The translations under genes were made by a program, and so were the position numbers. From Kiritimatiellales bacterium (GTDB lineage: Bacteria; Verrucomicrobiota; Kiritimatiellia; Kiritimatiellales; Tichowtungiaceae), in NCBI GenBank assembly GCA_037144035.1, contig JBAWXO010000001.1, forward strand, positions 1 through 32,384: a stretch of DNA of 32,384 nt. The letters run 5' to 3'. The notes beneath the pieces are model-generated. The model ran no database searches. It was not told the DNA's origin and saw nothing but the letters and a program-made list of their open reading frames with translations. This document shows, one piece after another, positions 23,228-31,441 of the stretch; within the stretch, counting starts at the first letter, position 1; every line of letters begins with the position of its first letter.

Positions 23228-23620
23228 ATGAATGAGATTACCGTCCAGTCAAAATCCCGCACCGGTTTCATCGACGTCACCTCTGCCGTCCAGCAGTTTG
23301 CTGACGGAAACGGGATGAAAGATGGGCTTATCACTGTTTTTGTTCCGCATACCACCGCCGGTGTCACCATCAACGAAAACGCCGACCCCGATGTGACCGC
23401 CGACATGGAAACGGTGCTCGACCGCATGGTGCCGTGGGACGACGGCTATCGCCACAGCGAAGGTAATACCGCCGCGCACGTCAAAGCCAGTCTGATGGGT
23501 TCCTCCGTGCAAGTGATTGTGAAAGACGGCAAACTCCGGCTCGGCACTTGGCAGAGCATTTATTTTTGCGAATTCGACGGTCCGCGCACACGGAAGATCT
23601 GGCTGAAGGATTCCGTATGA
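23228..23620 (+). CDS. yjbQ: YjbQ/UPF0047 family protein
   Basis: PHTTAGVTINENADPDV, YRHSEGN..AHVKASL.G, LGTWQSIYFCEFDGPR. Confidence 0.92.
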   Translation: MNEITVQSKSRTGFIDVTSAVQQFADGNGMKDGLITVFVPHTTAGVTINENADPDVTADMETVLDRMVPWDDGYRHSEGNTAAHVKASLMGSSVQVIVKDGKLRLGTWQSIYFCEFDGPRTRKIWLKDSV

Positions 23621-24768
23621 AAAACATCTGGCTCCGTTGGGTTCTGTCCGCGCTGTTGGTGAGCGCGCTTTTCTTCGGTTGCGAACAGAAGCCCGGAGAA
23701 AAACTCTATTCCAAGGCCATGACCGAGTGGAACAAGGGCAACCTCGTCCGCGCTCGAGCCCTGTTGGAAAAATCAATCCGCAGCCGTGCGGGCAGCGCCG
23801 AAAATGCGGAAGCCTACAACCGGCTCGGCGTGCTGCTCTGGGAAATGGGCAATTCAAAAGATGCGGCGGGAGCCTTTAATGAAAGCTGTCGTCTGGATGC
23901 CGGGCAGCACGACGTGCTCTGCAACCTCGGCGTCGCGCTGAGCACGCAGAATGATTTCGCCGCCGCCGAGCACGCTTTCCGCGAAGCCTCGCTGATTAAA
24001 CCTGATGACCCGCGTCCGCTCGCTTTTGTCGGTGTGCTCTACGCAAAAAATCAGAAGTGGGACGAGGCTGGGCGCAATCTGAACCGCGCTCTCGGACGCA
24101 CCCCGGACGATCCTCGACTGCAGACCGCGCTGGCGCTCGCTGAACTGCATACCACCGGCGCCGACGCCGCGCTGAAGCGCTTACAGGCCGTTACAAAGAA
24201 ATATCCTGACTACACTCCGGCGTTTTTCAACACCGCATCTATCTACCGCTACTGGCTCAAAAACCAGACGGATGCCAAACGCTGTTTCGAACTCTACCTC
24301 AAAAAAGCCTCCGGCACCAATGCCTTTACCGCGCAGGCCCGCGCCGAACTGCAGGCGATCGCAGAGGGTTCTGTCGGAGAAAAAATAACATTCACGCCGC
24401 CGCGCAGCCCTAACCGCGTCAATGCCGACAAAAACTTCCAGAAGGCGCTGGCGTATCATAAGAAAAATGATCTCGCCACTGCCATCAAGTGCTACATCGT
24501 CGCCATCGAAGCGGATGACACCCATGAACAGGCCTTCTATAACCTCGGGCTTGCCTATTACGGCGAAAACCGGCTGGAACTGGCTGGCGATGCCTTTGCC
24601 CACGCCGTTCAACTGAACCCTGCCTTCACGGCCGCGCGCTATAACAGCGCATTGGCGGAATACCGCATGGGACACACGGACCGCGCCCAGCGGGAATTGG
24701 GAATTGTTCTCGGTCAGCAGCCCGGTTACCAGCCCGCAATCGATTTGATGAGCCGCGTCCGTAAGTAG
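23617..24768 (+). CDS. TPR-repeat lipoprotein
   Basis: Lipobox LFFGC, multiple TPRs (AYNRLGVLL, LCNLGVAL, AFYNLGLAYY); ATGA overlap with yjbQ. Confidence 0.85.
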   Translation: MKNIWLRWVLSALLVSALFFGCEQKPGEKLYSKAMTEWNKGNLVRARALLEKSIRSRAGSAENAEAYNRLGVLLWEMGNSKDAAGAFNESCRLDAGQHDVLCNLGVALSTQNDFAAAEHAFREASLIKPDDPRPLAFVGVLYAKNQKWDEAGRNLNRALGRTPDDPRLQTALALAELHTTGADAALKRLQAVTKKYPDYTPAFFNTASIYRYWLKNQTDAKRCFELYLKKASGTNAFTAQARAELQAIAEGSVGEKITFTPPRSPNRVNADKNFQKALAYHKKNDLATAIKCYIVAIEADDTHEQAFYNLGLAYYGENRLELAGDAFAHAVQLNPAFTAARYNSALAEYRMGHTDRAQRELGIVLGQQPGYQPAIDLMSRVRK

Positions 24769-24872
24769 ATTTCAAAAACCTTGGAAACTTTCAGGCTTAT
24801 TTTTCCGAAGTTTGGAAATTTACACTTGGACGCGGATTTTTTATGGTGCCACAGCATTCGAGAGGAAACTTT

Positions 24873-25583
24873 ATGAAGTATAAACGCATTCTGCTCAAAC
24901 TCAGCGGCGAAGCACTCCAGAACAAAGAAAAGGGCCTTAGCATTGACCCCGCCGTCCTCGCCTCCATCGGGCGGCAGTTTAAAGAACTCATCGAAGCCGG
25001 GGCGGAAATCGCTGTGGTCGTCGGCGGCGGCAATATCTTCCGCGGTCTCACCGGCGAAGCGGGCGGAACCGACCGAACCACCGGCGACTTCATGGGCATG
25101 CTCGCCACCGTCATCAACTCGCTCGCCCTACAATCCGCTCTCGAAAACGTCAACATCCAGACACGCGTCATGACCGCCATCAGCATGCCGGCCGTCGCCG
25201 AACCGTTCATCCGCCGCAAAGCCATGCGCCATCTTGAAAAAGGCCGCGTCGTAATTTTCGGCGCAGGCACCGGCAACCCCTACTTCACCACCGACAGCGC
25301 CGCCGCGCTGCGTGCCTCCGAAATCGGCGCCGACGTGCTGATGAAAGCAACCAAGGTGGACGGCATCTACACTGCCGACCCGATGAAAGACAAGAGCGCC
25401 ACCCGCTTCGATAAGATTTCCTACAGTGAAGCGCTAAGCAAGCAGCTCAAAATCATGGATGCCGCCGCCTTCTCGCTCTGCATGGAAAACGACATTCCGA
25501 TCGTCGTATTCAACTTCTTCAAGGAAGGCGAAATGCTGAGGGTCTTCCGCGGTGAAAACGCCGGAACAGTGGTGGGTCACTAA
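24873..25583 (+). CDS. pyrH: UMP kinase
   Basis: RILLKLSGEAL, GGGNIFRG, DFMGMLAT, GTGNPYFTTD, KVDGIY..DP. Confidence 0.98.
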   Translation: MKYKRILLKLSGEALQNKEKGLSIDPAVLASIGRQFKELIEAGAEIAVVVGGGNIFRGLTGEAGGTDRTTGDFMGMLATVINSLALQSALENVNIQTRVMTAISMPAVAEPFIRRKAMRHLEKGRVVIFGAGTGNPYFTTDSAAALRASEIGADVLMKATKVDGIYTADPMKDKSATRFDKISYSEALSKQLKIMDAAAFSLCMENDIPIVVFNFFKEGEMLRVFRGENAGTVVGH

Positions 25584-25601
25584 ACTTCAAGGAGAGAGAT
25601 T

Positions 25602-26165
25602 ATGGAATCGAGCATGGAAGTACTGCTGGCCGCCGAAGAAAAAATGGACAAGTGCGTGGAGTTCCTCCATCACGAATTGAGCGGACTGCGCACCGGTAAG
25701 GCCAGCCCGGGTCTGGTCGAAAACATCACGGTTGAATACTACGGCACCGCCGCCCGCCTGCGCGACATCGCCAATATTTCAACTCCCGAGCCACGCCTGC
25801 TAGTCATCAGCCCGTTCGACCCATCGTCGCTCGGTGCCATCGAAAAGGCCATCAGCGCCGCCAACATCGGCATCACGCCGATAAACGATGGACGTCTCAT
25901 TCGCGTACCGATTCCTGAAATGAGCGAACAGCGTCGTAAAGATATGGCTAAAGTCGCCTCCCGTGCCACGGAAGATCAGCGCGTCGCCATCCGCAACGTC
26001 CGTCGCGATGCCAACGAGCTGCTTAAGACGCTCCAGAAAAACAGCACGATTACCGAAGACGACCGCGACGAAAGCCTCGAAGAGGTTCAAAAACTGACCG
26101 ACGCACGCATTAAGAAGATGGATGACATGCTCGCGGCCAAGGAAAAAGAAGTTCTTTCCGTCTGA
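25602..26165 (+). CDS. frr: Ribosome recycling factor
   Basis: LRTGKASP, VEYYG, NDG..IRVPIP.MSEQRR, VAIRNVRRDAN; downstream of pyrH. Confidence 0.97.
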   Translation: MESSMEVLLAAEEKMDKCVEFLHHELSGLRTGKASPGLVENITVEYYGTAARLRDIANISTPEPRLLVISPFDPSSLGAIEKAISAANIGITPINDGRLIRVPIPEMSEQRRKDMAKVASRATEDQRVAIRNVRRDANELLKTLQKNSTITEDDRDESLEEVQKLTDARIKKMDDMLAAKEKEVLSV

Positions 26166-26716
26166 TGAAACGAATCCTCATAGGTGTGACCGGCGGAATT
26201 GCGGCGTACAAGGCAGCCGGTGTTGTCAGTGCGCTTAAACATGCCGGGCATGACGTACAGGTGGCCATGACGCCCGCCGCCTGTCAGTTCGTCACACCGT
26301 TAACGTTTGCCGCGCTGTCGCAGAAAGAAGTGCGCACGGAACTTTTCCCGGCGCACCCGACCTCCGACAAAGGCCAACTCTACCCGCACCTCTACCCCGC
26401 CACCGAAGCCGACCTCTTCGCCGTTCTGCCCGCCACCGCTGATATCATCGGCAAACTGGCCTACGGCTTCGGCGACGACATCGTTTCTGCCAGCGCGCTG
26501 TCGCTGCCAAAGAAGTGCGTCAAAATTTTCTGCCCCGCCACGAACACACAGATGTGGGATAACCCCGTTGTCCGTGAAAACGTCCAGACTTTGGAAAAAC
26601 GCGGCTGGCAGCGCATCGGCCCCGAAACCGGCCGGATGGCCTGCGGAACCGAAGGCGCTGGAAGAATGGCTGACCCAAAAACAATTTTGGAAGTCATTCA
26701 AAAGGCTCTTCTGTAA
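26165..26716 (+). CDS. coaC: Phosphopantothenoylcysteine decarboxylase (stand-alone CoaC flavoprotein)
   Basis: GVTGGIAAYKA, AMT.AA..FVTP, PATADIIGKLA.G.GDD, PATN..MW (canonical PAMN), MACG.EG.GRM. Confidence 0.85.
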   Translation: MKRILIGVTGGIAAYKAAGVVSALKHAGHDVQVAMTPAACQFVTPLTFAALSQKEVRTELFPAHPTSDKGQLYPHLYPATEADLFAVLPATADIIGKLAYGFGDDIVSASALSLPKKCVKIFCPATNTQMWDNPVVRENVQTLEKRGWQRIGPETGRMACGTEGAGRMADPKTILEVIQKALL

Positions 26717-26723
26717 GATTTCT

Positions 26724-26809
26724 GACAAAATCATGGGCGACAAAATCATTTCCCAGAAACCGGCCTTAAAAGTCTCCCTCCCATGATTTTGTCGTTAAAT
26801 GATTCTGTA
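26724..26809. repeat. Inverted pair of GACAAAATCAT direct repeats between coaC and coaB
   Basis: gacaaaatcat at 26724 and 26739; atgattttgtc at 26783 and atgattctgta at 26799. Confidence 0.7.
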
Positions 26810-26826
26810 AAAATTATCCGGGCATC

Positions 26827-27450
26827 ATGAGTAGAAATAAAAAAGTTTTAATCCTGTCGGGACCGACGCACGAATACTTTGATCCGGTTCGCTTTATCGG
26901 CAACGCTAGCTCCGGCAAGATGGGCAAGGCGCTCGCCGAAGAAGCTCTCCAGCGCGGCATGGAGGTTGAATTTATTTCTGGTCCTGTCTCACCGGAAAAC
27001 CTTCCGGGCAAAGCCCACATCACCCGTGTCACTTCCGCCGAAGAAATGCTGGCCGCCACGCGGAAAAAATTCGGCTTCGCCGACTTGATCATCTTCGCCG
27101 CCGCCGTCGCCGACTTCCAACCCTTGGAAAAATCGGCTGAAAAGTTTCCAAAGGTTGGAACAAATATTTCGATTGAACTGAAACCGACGCCCGACATCGC
27201 CGCCACGCTCTGCGCCAACAAGCGCAAAGATCAGGTCGCCATCGGCTTCGCGCTCCAGACGCATGACGGCGAAACCAAAGCGCGCGAAAAACTGGTTTCT
27301 AAAAATCTAGATGGAATTGTCCTAAATACGCCCGCCACCCTCGGTGGCTCATCCGGCCTCTTCACCTGGATCGACGTCCAAGGTTTGGAAAACTGGGGTT
27401 CGCTCACCAAAGCCGTCTGCGCAAAGCAAATTTTCGATCAGATTTTGTAA
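26827..27450 (+). CDS. coaB: Phosphopantothenate--cysteine ligase (stand-alone CoaB)
   Basis: VLILSGPTHEYFDPVRFIGNASSGKMG, AAAVADF, TPDI, IGFALQT, K.LDGIVLN. Confidence 0.88.
   Translation: MSRNKKVLILSGPTHEYFDPVRFIGNASSGKMGKALAEEALQRGMEVEFISGPVSPENLPGKAHITRVTSAEEMLAATRKKFGFADLIIFAAAVADFQPLEKSAEKFPKVGTNISIELKPTPDIAATLCANKRKDQVAIGFALQTHDGETKAREKLVSKNLDGIVLNTPATLGGSSGLFTWIDVQGLENWGSLTKAVCAKQIFDQIL
27115..27160. repeat. Two perfect TTCCAA-N3-TTGGAA palindromes inside coaB
   Basis: ttccaa ccc ttggaa (27115, FQPLEK) and ttccaa agg ttggaa (27146, FPKVGT). Confidence 0.85.
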
Positions 27451-27455
27451 TTTTC

Positions 27456-27528
27456 CTCGCAGAGATTCTAAGTGCGCAGAGAAAAATTAATGGAGACCTG
27501 TCCTTCGCGATCTTTGCGCCTTTGCGAG
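27456..27528. repeat. Opposed short periodic repeats (CGCAGAG / CTTTGCG) between convergent genes
   Basis: ctcgcagagattctaagtgcgcagag ... cttcgcgatctttgcgcctttgcgag; a half copy lies at 13080-13104. Confidence 0.55.
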
Positions 27529-27542
27529 GCATCATCCATCCC

Positions 27543-28046
27543 TTACCCGTGAAAGATAAAAAACTTGCGGCCGGCATAGTTGATGAGCAGTGCGGAGATG
27601 GCGGCGGCGACGTAGGAGTAGGTTGTGTCGAGGCCGAAGCCTTTAATGAGCCATGCGCCAACGAAGGTTCCGATAAAGAAAGAAACCAGTGAGACGGCGT
27701 AGAAGAGCATCAGTTCATGATGCCGCTTGTGCTTACCGGCTTTGAAAACAAACAGAACATTGAGGATGTACGCGGTGAGGTTGGAGAAGAGAAACGCGAT
27801 GGTTTTATCGATCCAGTAATTCCGCAGTCGGAGCGATTCCGTAACCGAACGGATGTCGAAATGGAAAAGGCCAAGCAGCTTGGTAAACGGATCGCTTTCC
27901 CTGAGCGCCGGGAAAACCAGCCAAGCTAAAAGAAAGAACGCCGTCATGTCCACTACGGTGGCCGCGCCGCCGCACATGCCGTATTTGATGAACTGGACGA
28001 GACGATTGTCTTTTTCCGACAGGAAGGCCTGAATGTGTTTTTTCAT
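27543..28046 (-). CDS. GtrA family membrane protein
   Basis: QFIKYGMCGGAATVVD...AYILNVLFVF...LLINYAGRKFFIF, four TM segments. Confidence 0.85.
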   Translation of the reverse strand: MKKHIQAFLSEKDNRLVQFIKYGMCGGAATVVDMTAFFLLAWLVFPALRESDPFTKLLGLFHFDIRSVTESLRLRNYWIDKTIAFLFSNLTAYILNVLFVFKAGKHKRHHELMLFYAVSLVSFFIGTFVGAWLIKGFGLDTTYSYVAAAISALLINYAGRKFFIFHG

Positions 28047-28104
28047 AGGCGCAGAGTCTGCCTTCAAAACCCGCCCAAATCAAACCGCGAAGTTTCCAAA
28101 ACTA

Positions 28105-28199
28105 ACCCTCCCCACCCGCGGGCACCCCTCCAAAGGAGAGGATTTAAAAAGTTCACCGCCACAGGAGGGGTGGATTTGCGAAGCAAAGACGGGGCGGGT
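28105..28199. repeat. Degenerate copy of the CCCCTCC-N3-GGAGGGG composite element
   Basis: ggcacccctccaaaggagagga...ttcaccgccacaggagggg...cggggcgggt, same layout as 15273-15368. Confidence 0.65.
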
Positions 28200-28207
28200 A
28201 TTAGACT

Positions 28208-29188
28208 TCAAATATTCCATTCCGTAGAAAGAGTTTCGGGATGGCCTTTGTCAGCGCGGACGAGAAGCCAGCGAACAACACCAAAAACAGAAAACGGTAT
28301 AATCATGGTGTAGAGCATCAGACGGATAAAACTGAAATGGTAAAGCGGTTCGGGAATAGCGGCGTACAGATTCCAGAAGATGAGCAGACAGCAGAGCCAG
28401 ACGCATCCGAAGTTTGGAAACGCATCGCCAGAGTGCATGATTTTCAGGCCGGGCATCCTCTTTTTGGTAAAAGGAGGCAGCAGGTTGGTGCCCATGTGTC
28501 CCATCTGATCTTCGATGACGTGAAGAACATGCGCACCAAAGACGACCACGCCCGCCTGCCATGTCCAAAGTGAAGTCAATCCCGCCAGCAGCAGGCCGAA
28601 GGTGAGCGAGTGCGACCAGTTGCGGTGCCACGGCAGAAAGTCAATTTCAACCTGCCCCGCTTCGTTCCGGGTGAATTTAAAACTGGGGCCGTCAAAGATA
28701 TCGATGGTGTAAATCGGCTCGTAGCTTTGCAGAATGGGCACGGACAATTTCGCCAGTCCGACAGGACGGGTTGCTGGCAGCGTGCCGGGCTGAGGCACCT
28801 GCCCTGTGCTGACGACGGGGCCGAACTGCACACGCACTTCACCGGCATCCGGATCAATTTTAACGCGGTACTGCCGCCAGTTATCGGCTCCGATCCTGAT
28901 CGTGGCAAGCTTGACGCAAACCGGACAACCGGTAGCGACGGCTTCCGCAATCGCGGCGGCGACAGCGTCTGCGATCAGCTGAGGATCAAGCTGGCTTGGA
29001 TTCGGTTCGACGGAAACTTCGTGGTGATAGAAGAAGCGGTAAAATTTGAAGTCGATGGTGTCGGGCAGAATTCCAGCGACTGCGCCGAGGATGAAAAACG
29101 CCGGATTGCCGTTCTGCGCGGCTTCAACCGCCCACGGACAGAAGGAAGCCACGGTCACACCGGAAATAAAATGGGCAATGCCTTTCAT
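28208..29188 (-). CDS. YdjM-like membrane-bound metal-dependent hydrolase with a large inserted soluble domain
   Basis: N-terminal H (GIAH), LPDTID, HRNWSHS and HVIED motifs; about 130 aa hydrophilic insert between LPD and HR. Confidence 0.75.
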   Translation of the reverse strand: MKGIAHFISGVTVASFCPWAVEAAQNGNPAFFILGAVAGILPDTIDFKFYRFFYHHEVSVEPNPSQLDPQLIADAVAAAIAEAVATGCPVCVKLATIRIGADNWRQYRVKIDPDAGEVRVQFGPVVSTGQVPQPGTLPATRPVGLAKLSVPILQSYEPIYTIDIFDGPSFKFTRNEAGQVEIDFLPWHRNWSHSLTFGLLLAGLTSLWTWQAGVVVFGAHVLHVIEDQMGHMGTNLLPPFTKKRMPGLKIMHSGDAFPNFGCVWLCCLLIFWNLYAAIPEPLYHFSFIRLMLYTMIIPFSVFGVVRWLLVRADKGHPETLSTEWNI

Positions 29189-29237
29189 GGGAGAGAAATA
29201 TTAAGGATGAAATATGAAAGATGAAAATGGTGTTTTT

Positions 29238-30566
29238 TCATTTGAGGAGTCCCAAAAAGGCGGCGATGGGTTCGCCGACACCAGACATGTTGCAGGCGAT
29301 CGGAAGCAATAGCACACCGAGACAGTTCAGGCGGCGCGAGCCGAATAAAACCGGAATCAGGCCGATGCCGGTGGCGACGGTCATAATGAACAGACCGACC
29401 CAGCCTGTGATAACAAAAACGAGCGCGATGATGATGCCGAGCGAGAAGATGGAGATGTGGCGGTAGTCCACCACTTTTATCAGCTTGAGCGTCCATTTGG
29501 TGAGCGGCGACATGAGCAGGAAGGAGACCGCGCCGGAAAGTGCGATGGAGCCGAGCGCGAGATAGTAATCGCCCCAGGTGTGCGGCGTGTAGAGCCCTTT
29601 GATGATCAATGCTCCGCCGCCGCGGGTGAGGAAAAGTCCCGGCGCGAAAAAGAGCATGAGCGCGCCAGTGTAGTAAACAACTTTGGAAACGCCCTGCGAC
29701 ATCATGAAGATACGCTCGTCACGCTGGGCCGTGGCGTGGCCTGCGAGCAGTCCGCCAATCCCGCCGGTGATAACCGGAAAGAAAGCGGCAAAGCCTCCAC
29801 CGATGCCGCCCGCTATGCTGCTGCGCAGCAGGAGGTCGCCGTTGATGTTGAGCGTGTCGCAAACATACTGCTTCGGAACTTCCGTTCCGCTGATGGCGTT
29901 GATCAAGCACCATGGGATGGCGAACAATCCAACGAACGCGGGCATGATGTTTTGAAATGCGTCATCCACGGAAACCAGTGGACGATACAGGAGCAGAAAA
30001 CCGAGCAGGCCAGAGAGAAAGAAAGTGAGCAAACCAGCGCCAAGAGTAGACCAGGCGTCGAAAAATTTACTCCAGCCCGCCGGGCCGCGATTGCCGCCCT
30101 TCGGCCATTCGGTCATGAGAATAAAAGCGATAACGACCCAGAGAATCCAGTGCATGTGCGGATTGAACACGTAGCGGACGACGGGCAGAAACTTCGGCGC
30201 GAACGGGCCGATCAGAAAGACAAGCATGAAGACACCGGCCAAACTGCCTGCACCGATCATCATGGTGCCTTCATAGCCGCGGCCGATCATCAAATATTTC
30301 TGCCCGGGCAACACGGTGAAAATAGCGCTTTCGTCCGGTGCGCCGAGCAGAACAGAGGGAATGGTATTGAGAACGGACCAGCCGGTGACAAGGCCGAGCA
30401 TGAAAGGAATATAAACCTCCGGCATGGCGGCCAGCCCGCCGCCGTGCAGTGAATAGAGGAACAGCGCCGCGAGGCCCATGACGTTATAGATATGCAGGCC
30501 GGGCAGAATGGCCAGGAAACAGGCGAGCACGGTTCCGGCAAGCACCGCCGCCATTGCGGAAATCAT
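29238..30566 (-). CDS. TctA/DUF112-family permease, archaeal-like type
   Basis: ILPGLHIYN, IPSVLLGAPD...VLPGQKYLMIGRGYEG, PAFVGLFAIP, ATGIGLIP...RR..CLG.LL.P; about 12 TM segments; ATGA overlap with the upstream gene. Confidence 0.8.
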   Translation of the reverse strand: MISAMAAVLAGTVLACFLAILPGLHIYNVMGLAALFLYSLHGGGLAAMPEVYIPFMLGLVTGWSVLNTIPSVLLGAPDESAIFTVLPGQKYLMIGRGYEGTMMIGAGSLAGVFMLVFLIGPFAPKFLPVVRYVFNPHMHWILWVVIAFILMTEWPKGGNRGPAGWSKFFDAWSTLGAGLLTFFLSGLLGFLLLYRPLVSVDDAFQNIMPAFVGLFAIPWCLINAISGTEVPKQYVCDTLNINGDLLLRSSIAGGIGGGFAAFFPVITGGIGGLLAGHATAQRDERIFMMSQGVSKVVYYTGALMLFFAPGLFLTRGGGALIIKGLYTPHTWGDYYLALGSIALSGAVSFLLMSPLTKWTLKLIKVVDYRHISIFSLGIIIALVFVITGWVGLFIMTVATGIGLIPVLFGSRRLNCLGVLLLPIACNMSGVGEPIAAFLGLLK

Positions 30567-31363
30567 TTCCCAGACTCCATAACGCGCAGGTCGCCAGCCT
30601 CCCACACTTTAAGCTGAACGGCATCTTTATAGATGCCAACCCGTCCTCGGGCACTGATAAGTTTCCCGGGTATTGGAAGTTTTTTATCCAACCCCTGGAA
30701 AACATCCTCCCAGAAGATAATCACCAGCTCCGCGCCATCCTCCGCAATCGTCAGAGCATAGGGCGCTTTGGATCCGGGGCCGGGCACATCAACGGATTTG
30801 AGCGTGCCGGCCACGGTGACCTGATCGCCCTTGTGCGCGGCGGTCACGGCAGCTAGACGGACACGGGCTTCCTCCGCCGGAACAACGGCAGTACGCTTAC
30901 GGTTCAGGACAAGCTGATTGGCCGACTGGATGCGCAGTTTGGGTGCTTGATCGGCGCTGACGCTGAGACTGCCCGTCACTTCAATCCGGTCACCGCGCCG
31001 CGGAAGTTTCCCAGAAGCTTCAAGCGCCTGAGCCTGCGCCCGCCCGCCCATGACGGTGATTTCCCCGCTGCCGTCTTTTATGTCGAAAACCATGCCGCCG
31101 GATTGGAAGACATAGGCGTCTCGCGTGACCTCGCCCGCCATGCGGACATAGGCGAAGTTCATGGTCGGGGTGATATCACTGACTCGCACGAGCGGAATAT
31201 CGCGGTTCACCGAAAAGAGATAAAGCAGAGCAAGGCCAGCAACGGCCAGCACCAGTGAGGCGTACTGAAGAACCCTGACACGCAAGGGACGCTTCACCTG
31301 CGGCCCGTAAGCTGGATAGTCTTTGCTATTGTTGGATGACAAAACCACGAACAACAAAATCAT
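30563..31363 (-). CDS. Membrane-anchored protein with two OB-fold nucleic-acid-binding domains
   Basis: One N-terminal TM helix, then YVRMAGEV...FDIKDGSGEITV...GDRIEVTG and VTVAGTL...LVIIFW...GKLISARGRVGIYKDAVQL (RPA/tRNA-anticodon-type OB patterns). Exact start uncertain. Confidence 0.75.
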   Translation of the reverse strand: MILLFVVLSSNNSKDYPAYGPQVKRPLRVRVLQYASLVLAVAGLALLYLFSVNRDIPLVRVSDITPTMNFAYVRMAGEVTRDAYVFQSGGMVFDIKDGSGEITVMGGRAQAQALEASGKLPRRGDRIEVTGSLSVSADQAPKLRIQSANQLVLNRKRTAVVPAEEARVRLAAVTAAHKGDQVTVAGTLKSVDVPGPGSKAPYALTIAEDGAELVIIFWEDVFQGLDKKLPIPGKLISARGRVGIYKDAVQLKVWEAGDLRVMESGK

Positions 31364-31441
31364 TTTTTAACCAGAAGAGCCAGCTCTTGCTTAAGTTAAA
31401 AAAGAAAAAGATTTCGCTGTCGTGGTTTCTGCAGAAACGCT

